Source: Escherichia phage vB_EcoS_AHP42. Taken from it: 46,847 nucleotides of DNA. A model generated the notes under the pieces. It made no database searches, was not told the DNA's origin, and saw only the letters and a program-made list of their open reading frames with translations. The position numbers and the translations under genes are program-made. This document shows positions 34,470 to 42,659 of the stretch, piece after piece. The stretch lies in sequence record NC_024793.1; one strand, written 5' to 3'. Every line of letters begins with the position of its first letter. Position 1 is the first letter of the stretch.

Positions 34470-35606
34470 ATGGCTATCGCTAAAATCACCAACGAAGAGT
34501 TAAAGCAAGAACTGGCTAACGGTATGACTAACAAGGCAATCGCAGAGAAGTACGGTATGAATATTCGTAACGTAGAGCTGCGTCGCAGCAAGCTGGCTAA
34601 GGCTGGGGATGGTCACGGTCGCGATGTGAGTAACCTAATTCCTCAGGGCTACATGGTTAAAGGTGTATCTAGCCTTGTTGATAATGATGGCAATGTGAAG
34701 TTGCAATGGGTTAAGTCCTCTATTGATGCAGAGAAGCTTGAGGAGATGATGAATCAAGCGCGAGAGGCATTCTCTAGCGAGCTACCAAAAGAAAAAGCAG
34801 TTAAATCTGAAGGTCTGAATTTTGATGAAGATACTTTAGCTATGTATCCAGTATTTGACCTTCACATTGGCGCAATGGCCCACAAGCATGAGTGCGGAGA
34901 AAACTACGACACAGCAACGGCAGAGAAAGTAATGAACGATTATTTTGACTACGCCGTACAGAAATCTCCAAATTCAAAGAATGCTGTACTAGTGCTAGGA
35001 GGTGATCTGCTTCATTATGATTCCTTGGAAGCCAAAACTCCAGCCAGTGGTCACATCCTGGACAGTGACAGTCGCTACGCCAAGATTGTTTATGTTTGCA
35101 TTCGAGCGGTTCGCCGCGCAATTCGAAACATGCTTAGCAAACATGAAAACGTAGAGGTTAAAGTTATATCTGGTAATCATGATGAAAGTGGTATGGTTTG
35201 GTTGCGGGCTGCGCTTGCTGCATTTTATGAGGAAGAGCCACGCGTTAGTATTGATGTTAGTCCCGCGGCAATGATGGTAACTAAGTTTGGTTCTACAATG
35301 CTTGGTTTCACTCACGGGCATCAAATGCGTAAAGCTGATACTCGCCTTTCGGTTATGGCTACTGACTGGCGACGTGACTTTGGTTTAAGTGATTATGTAT
35401 ACACCCACTCAGGCCACTGGCATTCACAGAAGATTACAGAGACAAATCTTGGTATTGATGAGGTTCATGGTCAGCTTGGTTCACCAGATGCATATAGTGC
35501 GAATGGCGGGTGGCGCTCACAAAGGCAGGCTGCGGTAATCATATATCATAAAGAGTTTGGTGAGGTTGGTCGTTTTATCTGTCGCCCAGAAATGTTTAAT
35601 AAATAG
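34470..35606 (+). CDS. HTH-domain metallophosphoesterase (calcineurin-like, Mre11/SbcD-type motif order)
   Basis: N-terminal HTH-like MTNKAIAEKYGMNIRNVELRR, then DLHIG, GGDLLHYD, GNHDE and GHWH in the canonical metallophosphoesterase order. Confidence 0.6.
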   Translation: MAIAKITNEELKQELANGMTNKAIAEKYGMNIRNVELRRSKLAKAGDGHGRDVSNLIPQGYMVKGVSSLVDNDGNVKLQWVKSSIDAEKLEEMMNQAREAFSSELPKEKAVKSEGLNFDEDTLAMYPVFDLHIGAMAHKHECGENYDTATAEKVMNDYFDYAVQKSPNSKNAVLVLGGDLLHYDSLEAKTPASGHILDSDSRYAKIVYVCIRAVRRAIRNMLSKHENVEVKVISGNHDESGMVWLRAALAAFYEEEPRVSIDVSPAAMMVTKFGSTMLGFTHGHQMRKADTRLSVMATDWRRDFGLSDYVYTHSGHWHSQKITETNLGIDEVHGQLGSPDAYSANGGWRSQRQAAVIIYHKEFGEVGRFICRPEMFNK

Positions 35607-35671
35607 CACAAATAGTCAAGAAACTACCCGCGAAAGCGGGTATTTTTGTTTCACACAACTGAGGAGGTAAT

Positions 35672-36163
35672 ATGAATTGGAATGATTTTCTCGAATATAG
35701 AGATGGAAAGCTTTACTGGACAGATCCACACTCAACAAAATTTAAGCCAGGGGATGAGGCTGGATGTAGGCATCATAGGGGTTATCATTATATAAGGAGA
35801 TATAACACCGCGATGTCAAGGCATAGGATAGTATTGACAATGTTTAATGGAGAGATACCGGAAGGCATGGAGATTGATCACATAGACCATGACGTTGATA
35901 ATGATCGGATTGAAAACCTAAGAATGGTTACAAGGAGGCAGAACAATCAAAACAAAAAGCTAGATGAAAGAAATACTAGCGGACATGTTGGGGTTAGTTG
36001 GAACAAGAAGACAAACAAATGGAGAGCAATGATAGGTATAAAGGATAATGACGGGAAGCGGAAAACGGTATATGTTTATTATGGTGACTCTTTCGACGAC
36101 GCGGTATTGGCAAGGAAGAAAGCTGAAGCTGAATACTCATTTCATGAAAATCACGGAAAATAG
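35672..36163 (+). CDS. HNH homing endonuclease (AP2-type), paralog of 15979..16467
   Basis: MNWNDFLEYRDGKLYW N-terminus plus HNH core; strong GAGGAGG RBS; AGG/AGA-rich codon usage. Confidence 0.75.
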   Translation: MNWNDFLEYRDGKLYWTDPHSTKFKPGDEAGCRHHRGYHYIRRYNTAMSRHRIVLTMFNGEIPEGMEIDHIDHDVDNDRIENLRMVTRRQNNQNKKLDERNTSGHVGVSWNKKTNKWRAMIGIKDNDGKRKTVYVYYGDSFDDAVLARKKAEAEYSFHENHGK

Positions 36164-36203
36164 CACTAATTGCTAAAACACAAATCAAAAGATGGGGTAT
36201 ATT
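36161..36203 (+). promoter_or_regulatory. dyad-associated promoter
   Basis: TAGCAC-taa-TTGCTA overlapping the HNH stop, 22 nt, TATATT, then CTCCATCAAAACAAAACGAGAGG. Confidence 0.55.
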
Positions 36204-36236
36204 TACTCCATCAAAACAAAACGAGAGGATACAAAG

Positions 36237-36422
36237 ATGCCTAAGTTCACACAATCAGATGCACAGATTGAAGTTAAAGATGTTGGTTTTGGTAAGACGT
36301 TTCGCATTGCACAAGCTTATGGCTCTAGCGAAGAAGATGTAAAAGTTGACACTATCAATCTTACTGCTAAGAATGCTCGTGAAATTGCCTACGCAATCCT
36401 AGCGGCACTTGGAGAGCGCTAA
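36237..36422 (+). CDS. hypothetical protein
   Basis: 61 aa from the ATG at 36237 (RBS GAGAGG), downstream of a palindrome-associated promoter; the track start at 36192 overlaps the -10 element. Confidence 0.45.
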   Translation: MPKFTQSDAQIEVKDVGFGKTFRIAQAYGSSEEDVKVDTINLTAKNAREIAYAILAALGER

Positions 36423-36610
36423 TGCTTCAAACAATTAAAGCCGACATGGTTAAGGTGGGTGATGAAGTTTTGTTCTTAAACTGCCCACCGCAGGTAGTTA
36501 AGGCTACAAGCCTTGAGTATTACCCTGGCTGTACGTTCGTAATGATTAAGACCATGGGCGGTAACTGCTTCCCAATTAATGTAAACACACTTATTTGCGT
36601 AAACCGTTAA
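36422..36610 (+). CDS. hypothetical protein
   Basis: 62 aa, start overlaps the upstream stop. Confidence 0.4.
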   Translation: MLQTIKADMVKVGDEVLFLNCPPQVVKATSLEYYPGCTFVMIKTMGGNCFPINVNTLICVNR

Positions 36611-36622
36611 GAGATTATCAAA

Positions 36623-36796
36623 ATGACTAAATTATTCTGCGTTAGCAACAAATCAAAATCACTGCCTTTCACTGTAAACAACCCTTATAGTGGTGAGTAC
36701 CAGGGGGATGGTAATTACAAGATTTATGGAGATGACATGACTTGGATCTTCGCCCCGATTGATGGAGAATTGGTGGAATTCATTATCGCAGACTAA
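36623..36796 (+). CDS. hypothetical small protein (57 aa)
   Basis: Not in the track; RBS AAGAG upstream; followed by a terminator at 36822..36850. Confidence 0.35.
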   Translation: MTKLFCVSNKSKSLPFTVNNPYSGEYQGDGNYKIYGDDMTWIFAPIDGELVEFIIAD

Positions 36797-36911
36797 CTTA
36801 TAAGAAACATCAACTTGAAAACAGGCGGCCTTTAAGGCTGCCTTTTTTTCGTTTATGTCAAAGTTTAATATCTGGTATTATTTAATCAAATCAACTTAAA
36901 GAGGCCGCAAC

Positions 36912-37127
36912 ATGAAGCATTTCTATGACGCAGCCGCCTTGTCCGGTAGCGGAGTAGCTATGGGCGGCGGCTTATCTGACAATACAATCATCGGCATTAT
37001 TGGCTTAATCGTAGCCGTGTGCTTTGGTATCTTTGGGGCATGGCTGCGCTGGAGGGACAGTAAGGCGCTACACAAAGCACTTGAGGATGGAGATATCCGT
37101 GAGGCAATGAGAATCAGGAGTAAGTGA
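36912..37127 (+). CDS. putative holin (pinholin-like)
   Basis: 71 aa with a transmembrane segment IIGIIGLIVAVCFGIFGAW and a charged C-terminus; directly upstream of the SAR endolysin. Confidence 0.55.
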   Translation: MKHFYDAAALSGSGVAMGGGLSDNTIIGIIGLIVAVCFGIFGAWLRWRDSKALHKALEDGDIREAMRIRSK

Positions 37128-37609
37128 TGAGTATAAAGAATAAAGTTATTGGCGGGGTCTTAGGCTCCGCTATTGCTATAGCTGTACCATTCCTGAACAA
37201 GCATGAGGGCGTTGAGTATAGTCCATACAAAGATGTAGCTGGGGTGTGGACTATTTGCGCAGGGATTACTGGCCCTGACGTTATTCGTGGCAAGGTTTAC
37301 ACTCAGCGAGATTGCGATGCACTCCTTATGAAGCACCTGTCAATTCATCGCTCCGCTGTTGATAAAGCCCTGAAGGTTGATGTTCCAGTTAGCACCAGGG
37401 CGGCGCTGTACAGTTTTTCATTTAATGTTGGGACCAATGCAATGCGCAACTCAACTGTTATCAGACTCATGAATCGCGGCGATATTCGTGGTGGATGTGA
37501 GGCGCTATCAATGTGGAATAAAATTAGCGTTGGTGGCAAGAAGGTTGTGAGCAAAGGCCTGGTTAACAGGCGAAACGCGGAGATTAGGTTATGCGTGTCG
37601 GAATTATAA
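37124..37609 (+). CDS. SAR endolysin (T4-type lysozyme)
   Basis: N-terminal signal-anchor-release segment VIGGVLGSAIAIAVPFL followed by the canonical E-x8-D-x5-T catalytic triad (HEGVEYSPYKDVAGVWTICAG). Confidence 0.8.
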   Translation: MMSIKNKVIGGVLGSAIAIAVPFLNKHEGVEYSPYKDVAGVWTICAGITGPDVIRGKVYTQRDCDALLMKHLSIHRSAVDKALKVDVPVSTRAALYSFSFNVGTNAMRNSTVIRLMNRGDIRGGCEALSMWNKISVGGKKVVSKGLVNRRNAEIRLCVSEL

Positions 37610-37995
37610 TTATTGCAATCACATTGCTGACCGGCTGCTCTGTTATGTCAGCTATTTCTGATTTATTACCGAGCAAGGATGGCATTGAAGCAACAGCGCA
37701 GGTTGGTGAGTCTAACCAGAAAACTGGCGTTGGATTATCCAACCAGACAGACAAATCTAGCTCAACAGAGAGCGATATGCGCAACTCAACTAACAGAGAT
37801 GTAGATTCATCAAGCCAGAAAAAGACTGCTGCTACGGGTCTCTCAGCTAACACAATAACAGCTGAAAAGATTGAAATTCATAGCACTGAAAACTCTGGGG
37901 TTGACTCATTAGTCTGGGGTGTTTTGGCTGGATTGGTTTCGGGCATGATAACTTACTTCGCTTTAAGATTTGCAAGAAATAAAAAAGGAGCCTAA
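37591..37995 (+). CDS. unimolecular spanin (T1 gp11-like)
   Basis: N-terminal lipobox LLTGC plus a C-terminal transmembrane segment VWGVLAGLVSGMITYFAL; overlaps the endolysin end. Confidence 0.6.
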   Translation: MRVGIIIIAITLLTGCSVMSAISDLLPSKDGIEATAQVGESNQKTGVGLSNQTDKSSSTESDMRNSTNRDVDSSSQKKTAATGLSANTITAEKIEIHSTENSGVDSLVWGVLAGLVSGMITYFALRFARNKKGA

Positions 37996-38010
37996 TGGCT
38001 CCTTTCTTTT
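37981..38010. terminator. bidirectional terminator at the end of the lysis cassette
   Basis: AGGAGCC-TAAT-GGCTCCT flanked by A-run and T-run; convergent genes on both sides. Confidence 0.7.
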
Positions 38011-38344
38011 ATGCGAACAATTGGTCGTCCGTCATTTCTTTTATGGTCATCATCTCATTAGTGTACTTATCGCTCTCACCCCCAAGGCATCTGAAGCTAA
38101 ATTCGAAAGGTCGCTTCGTGCTTCCTTTGCTCCAGTAACTGCCATTAACTCCATCGATGTAACCTTCAGTCATGCATCTTGCCAGAAACTCCTTTGACGC
38201 AGATGATGCAAAGTAACGCGCATTAACTCCAGCTGCCTTAGCCATTCTTTCACATTCTTTGTGGCGGTAAATGAATACCGCCAGGTGCTGCCTGTTAAAC
38301 TTTTCGTAGCTCTCGCAGAACTTGAACACATCAAGGATGAACAT
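38009..38344 (-). CDS. hypothetical protein
   Basis: 111 aa, last gene of a minus-strand unit, coupled to the 529-aa gene upstream. Confidence 0.45.
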   Translation of the reverse strand: MFILDVFKFCESYEKFNRQHLAVFIYRHKECERMAKAAGVNARYFASSASKEFLARCMTEGYIDGVNGSYWSKGSTKRPFEFSFRCLGGESDKYTNEMMTIKEMTDDQLFA

Positions 38345-38348
38345 TTAA

Positions 38349-39938
38349 TTACCCCAACAGCCGTGGATTGATATATACCTTGTCACCAATCAGGCAGGTA
38401 TAGTTTTTATCATCAAGCATCGGCAATAAGTGGTCTTTAATTTTAGCCATAACACCAGCCTGTGACTCGAAAGGTCGAACCTTACGCGCAGCTTCATAAA
38501 GTGAACGCAAACCCACAACTCCTTTACTGTTCTTGCCTTGCTTGATAAGGATATCAATTAACTTGTTCATCTCAGCGTTATCGCCAGCATGACCAGCTGC
38601 GTTAGCTGAGGATAAGTAAGTCTTACTAAGTTCTCCAAACATCAACAAAGCCTCTTGCATGGTTTCCAGTTCAATCTCCCTGGACTTCTGCGGACTACCG
38701 CCATTTGGGTTAAACCAGTTACGGATAGTGTGAAGAACTGCAGCAATGCGAATTACCTGTTTATCCATTTTACCTAACGCGCCGCGCAGCATTGTGTGTG
38801 AATACTTACCGCCATCTGCAAGGTGTGGCTCCATTTCCTGTCGAGCACGGTTAAGGTGCTTCATTGCTGAGTTACTAATAGTCAACTTAACATCTTGCTC
38901 ACTCATAATTTCATGAACAAGACGGAAGTAATCAGCCTTCAACGCTCCGTCAATCGGCTCATATGTTGACTCGCCATTATCATCGACGAAAACACGCTCA
39001 CCAAGGAATGACTTTTCACGCACAAGCAAGAAACGTTCGGATACACCAATACCGCGAGCACCAGCATTCATGATTGCGACTATTGTTTCATCCTGCGCAA
39101 TTACAGAAATACACCCCATAGCAATAAAGCTCATGTTGTTCTCTGCGTTCGCACGCGCGATAGATACGTTACCAGCATCCCAGGCCTTAAGCACCAGTTC
39201 GCTGTTTGTTTTCTTTGTTCCATCACCATAGGTCATGCCCAGCAGTGAGTTGACGCTCGTCGCCTCATCCGAGATGACAGCGAAGCTACCCTGACGATGG
39301 TTAATGCGTGCCAGACCTTCGGGAGTAGTATCAGATACAGGGAATACGATGTCGCAAAGTTTCTCGAGCTTATCTTCCAGCTCCTCCTTCTCCTCAAACA
39401 AACCAGCCATCTCAGAAGGCGACTTCTCCTGCTTCATTTCTTTAGCCAGAGCCGACAGCTTGGCCATAATCTTTTTACGGTCACGCTTACGGAGCTCGTT
39501 TAGTCGCTCAGTCTCTGCAATCATTGGAGCCAGAGACAGCGAGTTAATGGCAGATTTACCAGTTGATGGAGGCTGGCTGGTCACTACATACAGTGATGTT
39601 GGTTGTTGAGTTCCGTGATACTCAACCGTAAAGCGACCTAACATAGCTGCCGAGATGCAACCAAGGAAGTGCATATAAGCAGATGATTCAGGAAACTGAA
39701 CAGAACGAGCAATGTTGCTTGATAGTTTGCCAACTACATCATAGTCGTTACCAAGCGAGATAACAGGATACTTGTCGCCAGTAGAATCAATCTCAACCGG
39801 AGCTTTCCAGAATGATGCGCTCTGGCGATAACCGTTCGCATTAATAGCAACACGTAAAGGAGGTAATCCATCCTGAGCGGCAACAGCCATTACTTGTTCA
39901 ACAGTCAATTTGTCATCATTAAAATCAAACATTATCAT
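38349..39938 (-). CDS. large conserved hypothetical protein (possible replication-associated; full-length paralog of 43251..43811)
   Basis: 529 aa; its N-terminal about 40 aa and C-terminal about 55 aa are paralogous to the 186-aa protein at 43251..43811. Confidence 0.55.
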   Translation of the reverse strand: MIMFDFNDDKLTVEQVMAVAAQDGLPPLRVAINANGYRQSASFWKAPVEIDSTGDKYPVISLGNDYDVVGKLSSNIARSVQFPESSAYMHFLGCISAAMLGRFTVEYHGTQQPTSLYVVTSQPPSTGKSAINSLSLAPMIAETERLNELRKRDRKKIMAKLSALAKEMKQEKSPSEMAGLFEEKEELEDKLEKLCDIVFPVSDTTPEGLARINHRQGSFAVISDEATSVNSLLGMTYGDGTKKTNSELVLKAWDAGNVSIARANAENNMSFIAMGCISVIAQDETIVAIMNAGARGIGVSERFLLVREKSFLGERVFVDDNGESTYEPIDGALKADYFRLVHEIMSEQDVKLTISNSAMKHLNRARQEMEPHLADGGKYSHTMLRGALGKMDKQVIRIAAVLHTIRNWFNPNGGSPQKSREIELETMQEALLMFGELSKTYLSSANAAGHAGDNAEMNKLIDILIKQGKNSKGVVGLRSLYEAARKVRPFESQAGVMAKIKDHLLPMLDDKNYTCLIGDKVYINPRLLG

Positions 39939-39972
39939 CTCTCTCTAAATGCCCCCGAAGGGGCTTGATTAT

Positions 39973-40152
39973 TTACTTGATACGAACTTCAATCATCTGA
40001 CCTTTATGAGGAAGATACAGCTTTGCGCGACCTCTAATCATTACGGTGATGATATTCTCCTTAAGGTCAACGTGAAGTACTTTGCGGAACAGAGGCCCCA
40101 TTTTTACCATCATGCCAGGTTTGATGTTTTCGATAGTAGTCATGATATCCAT
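39973..40152 (-). CDS. hypothetical small protein (59 aa)
   Basis: Not in the track; first ORF after a palindrome-associated promoter, with RBS AAGGG; followed by a UUCG hairpin before the 529-aa gene. Confidence 0.4.
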   Translation of the reverse strand: MDIMTTIENIKPGMMVKMGPLFRKVLHVDLKENIITVMIRGRAKLYLPHKGQMIEVRIK

Positions 40153-40190
40153 TTTTTAGCCCTTTTAATTTATTTCGTTTCGATGAAGAG

Positions 40191-40235
40191 AATATATCAA
40201 TTTTTGTTGTTAAGTTCTTTAGCAAAAAGTGCTAT
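40191..40235 (-). promoter_or_regulatory. dyad-associated promoter (minus strand)
   Basis: Minus strand: TAGCAC-ttt-TTGCTA, 22 nt, TATATT, then TCTTCATCGAAACGAAA; drives 39973..40152 and downstream genes. Confidence 0.55.
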
Positions 40236-40351
40236 TAAAGACCAACCAGACATTTGCCAACTACAACAGCGATTGCGCCCATGAAGCCAAAGAAACCAAA
40301 CTTAATTACTTGTTCCATTACCGCATCAACTGCTTTAGAGATGTTTTTCAT
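40235..40351 (-). CDS. small membrane protein (38 aa)
   Basis: From the internal ATG at 40351 with RBS AAGGTG; C-terminal hydrophobic segment FGFFGFMGAIAVVVGKCLVGL; the longer track ORF lacks an RBS. Confidence 0.4.
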   Translation of the reverse strand: MKNISKAVDAVMEQVIKFGFFGFMGAIAVVVGKCLVGL

Positions 40352-40388
40352 TTTGTTCACCTTAGTTTTTGTCTTCTTGATGGAAACA

Positions 40389-40434
40389 AATATACCCGCC
40401 GAAGCGGGTACTGTCATTAGCAAAAAGTGCTATT
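40389..40434 (-). promoter_or_regulatory. dyad-associated promoter (minus strand) with embedded UUCG hairpin
   Basis: Minus strand: TAGCAC-ttt-TTGCTA, a spacer containing hairpin ACCCGC-TTCG-GCGGGT, then TATATT and TTCCATCAAG. Confidence 0.5.
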
Positions 40435-40639
40435 TTTTTAAGTGCCCTGGCGCATAGCATTTTCCATCCTTCTTATGCAAAACCCACCCAGCATATTTAA
40501 GTTGCCTTGCACAATCAGAAAAGTTCTCGCCCGCAGCGTCCGTATAGTGTGGCATAAAATAAGAACCATCATCATTTGACTCAGTTGAGCACTTCTTACA
40601 GTCGCAATAAACAGCGATGGAATAACCTGAAACAATCAT
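40430..40639 (-). CDS. small cysteine-rich protein
   Basis: 69 aa with a CDCKKC cluster plus further Cys/His residues, a possible zinc-binding protein. Confidence 0.45.
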   Translation of the reverse strand: MIVSGYSIAVYCDCKKCSTESNDDGSYFMPHYTDAAGENFSDCARQLKYAGWVLHKKDGKCYAPGHLKK

Positions 40640-40989
40640 TTGTAAGCCGCCTCAAACTTATACATCCCATAACCCACATCAAAGCCAACTTCTTCATCAC
40701 GCGTCAACTGCCAGCCCTCGCCGTCTTCATCATAAATATACCCAGCGTTACGACCAAGTGATGAAGTCATTGATACCTGGTAACGCTTACCCTTACTGAA
40801 ACTCTTCTTGAGTGGTGACTTGTGGTTCACGAAAGTGCAAAGCAAAGTCTTGGTCTTGACGTAACGACCCCGGCCAGTGAGATTTTGCCATTTACCATGA
40901 ATCTTGATTTGCTCAATACCATCTTTAACGCGAGCTTTAAACATATTGTTATCTGAGCTGATCCAGTTTTTAGTGATAGTGGTAGCCAT
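40636..40989 (-). CDS. hypothetical protein
   Basis: 117 aa, coupled to the downstream Cys-rich gene by overlap. Confidence 0.45.
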   Translation of the reverse strand: MATTITKNWISSDNNMFKARVKDGIEQIKIHGKWQNLTGRGRYVKTKTLLCTFVNHKSPLKKSFSKGKRYQVSMTSSLGRNAGYIYDEDGEGWQLTRDEEVGFDVGYGMYKFEAAYK

Positions 40990-41014
40990 TACTATTTTCC
41001 TTTTTGGTTTGTTA

Positions 41015-41317
41015 TTAGTTAGCGTTATGACGTTCGATATAGTCGCGGATTGTTTCGCCTACGCTTTTAGCGGCACCAAAAGTGCCCTTTGCGTGGCGTG
41101 AATCGCGGTACGTCTGGAAGAATTTACGAGCGATGTTTGCGAACATTGAACCAGTCACGCGAGCATCACCGAAATTTGTTTCGATAGCGTTGCTAATGCC
41201 ATCCTTGAACTCATTTTCAGTCATGAACATCTCTGCCATGCCAGCAGTCTCGAAAAGGTTAGCTAATTCATTCATGTTGTTATGGTCTTCGGCTGTAAAC
41301 AGGTTCATGTTAATCAT
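41015..41317 (-). CDS. hypothetical protein
   Basis: 100 aa downstream of a minus-strand palindrome-associated promoter. Confidence 0.45.
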   Translation of the reverse strand: MINMNLFTAEDHNNMNELANLFETAGMAEMFMTENEFKDGISNAIETNFGDARVTGSMFANIARKFFQTYRDSRHAKGTFGAAKSVGETIRDYIERHNAN

Positions 41318-41351
41318 CTTCGTGATTCCTTAGTTTCGTTTCGATGAGATG

Positions 41352-41395
41352 AATATACAATAAAAGCCCCGAAGGGCTTTAGCAATTCGTGCTAT
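41352..41395 (-). promoter_or_regulatory. dyad-associated promoter (minus strand) with embedded hairpin
   Basis: Minus strand: TAGCAC-gaa-TTGCTA, a spacer containing AGCCC-TTCG-GGGCT, then TGtATATT and CATCTCATCGAAACGAAAC. Confidence 0.5.
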
Positions 41396-41544
41396 TTCTT
41401 TGCTGCTTTTGCAATTGCCTTCTGGACGATGTTGAAGCTCTCAATCAAATCTTCTTTGAAGTAGTCACCAACAGGCCAACCCTTACCGCTGTACTTGGCT
41501 ATGGTTTCTAGATCGTAATAGTTCAAGTCAGATGGCTTTAGCAT
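41392..41544 (-). CDS. hypothetical small protein (50 aa)
   Basis: Not in the track; RBS GAGGT; start abuts the upstream gene stop (TAAATG). Confidence 0.35.
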   Translation of the reverse strand: MLKPSDLNYYDLETIAKYSGKGWPVGDYFKEDLIESFNIVQKAIAKAAKK

Positions 41545-41784
41545 TTACTTAACCTCATCAAAAGTTGCAACACCAGGGATAAACATTCCAACCTTCCAGC
41601 CAGAGATAGCAATCCATCCAGAATCGTGCTTGTGCGGTCGCTCAGAGCCATTAATCACCCACTCATTCGGGATTGTTTTACCATTAATGATTAGAGGCTC
41701 AGCGTCGTATACGGAGCCTTTTATGAATGGTGTTAATACATTCTTATCCGTGCTTTGGATAACGTTGGTGCAGCGAATCTTCAT
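41545..41784 (-). CDS. hypothetical protein
   Basis: 79 aa, overlaps the upstream gene by 4 nt. Confidence 0.45.
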   Translation of the reverse strand: MKIRCTNVIQSTDKNVLTPFIKGSVYDAEPLIINGKTIPNEWVINGSERPHKHDSGWIAISGWKVGMFIPGVATFDEVK

Positions 41785-41999
41785 GCTACCACCTCAATTT
41801 CTTCATTACTAACAACAAACTTTTCACCTTGAAAGATTGCAAGAGTACCATCAACATATACATGATCCTTTAAACTCATCATGTAGAAGCCTTCAATCTC
41901 GTAAACTTCCACCTCCTCACCAATCTGATAGCCAAGTTCGGCAAGGCTCATTGAATCTTCGTCGTACCTAATTTCGTTGTTGATAATAATCGCTTTCAT
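41781..41999 (-). CDS. hypothetical protein
   Basis: 72 aa, first gene after the minus-strand promoter at 42028..42072; RBS GAGGAG. Confidence 0.45.
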   Translation of the reverse strand: MKAIIINNEIRYDEDSMSLAELGYQIGEEVEVYEIEGFYMMSLKDHVYVDGTLAIFQGEKFVVSNEEIEVVA

Positions 42000-42027
42000 G
42001 TTTCTTCTCCTCTCTGTTGATTAGCAA

Positions 42028-42072
42028 ACTATAGCCAGTCATGGTGGATTTGTCTTTAGCAAAAAGTGCTAT
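42028..42072 (-). promoter_or_regulatory. dyad-associated promoter (minus strand)
   Basis: Minus strand: TAGCAC-ttt-TTGCTA, 22 nt, TATAGT, then RBS GAGGAG for 41781..41999. Confidence 0.55.
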
Positions 42073-42345
42073 TCGTCAGATTTATGGATTGTTGCAGGCA
42101 TTGCGATGATTAGCATGACTATTACACATAAAGCAATATTTCATCGAGTGCAACAGGTTTATTGATTGTTGCCAGTTTGGCAATGATGGATGGATGGATT
42201 GAATGAAAGGAGGTCTGGATCAAATAGTTGGTTGGTTTTATCGCTCGCGGAGAGACTTCTTTTATATACGCGTAGTCCGCTGTCTACCGATTGTCGACCG
42301 TATCCACATTTACAATTTATACGCCTTGATATAATCCATATACAC

Positions 42346-42440
42346 TAAAATATCCTTATATATAAAGGACTTAGACTATTATTATTATTATATATAGTAT
42401 TATGTATATATAGCGTATCATCTGTACGCCACTATATAGG
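42346..42440. repeat. AT-rich repeat block B, homologous to 22651..22730
   Basis: TCCTTATATATAAAGGACTTAGACTATTATTATTATTATATAT...TGTATATATAGCGTA; flanked by TATACGC repeats, a (GATG)x3 run and the palindrome TTCCTACAcTGTAGGAA. Confidence 0.6.
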
Positions 42441-42630
42441 TTGGTTTGCTTAAATTTCTATTTTTATTCCTACACTGTAGGAATTGTACTACCTTGTAGG
42501 AAAATATAGGAGGATATAGCTAGAACCACCTCATCTATATGTAGACGCACGTAGACGCCTGTACACACCCAGCAACGATGCGGCATGCAGGGCAAAAAGC
42601 GTATCAATTTTAAAATAAACAAAAAATACA

Positions 42631-42659
42631 TTTATATACACGTAAATCTTTGCTATAGT
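42631..42659 (+). promoter_or_regulatory. putative early promoter without dyad (extended -10 TGcTATAGT, AT-rich UP-like region)
   Basis: TTTATA, 17 bp, TGC-TATAGT, followed by the conserved TTTCATCGAAACGAGG leader; AT-rich upstream; first promoter after the long noncoding region. Confidence 0.45.
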
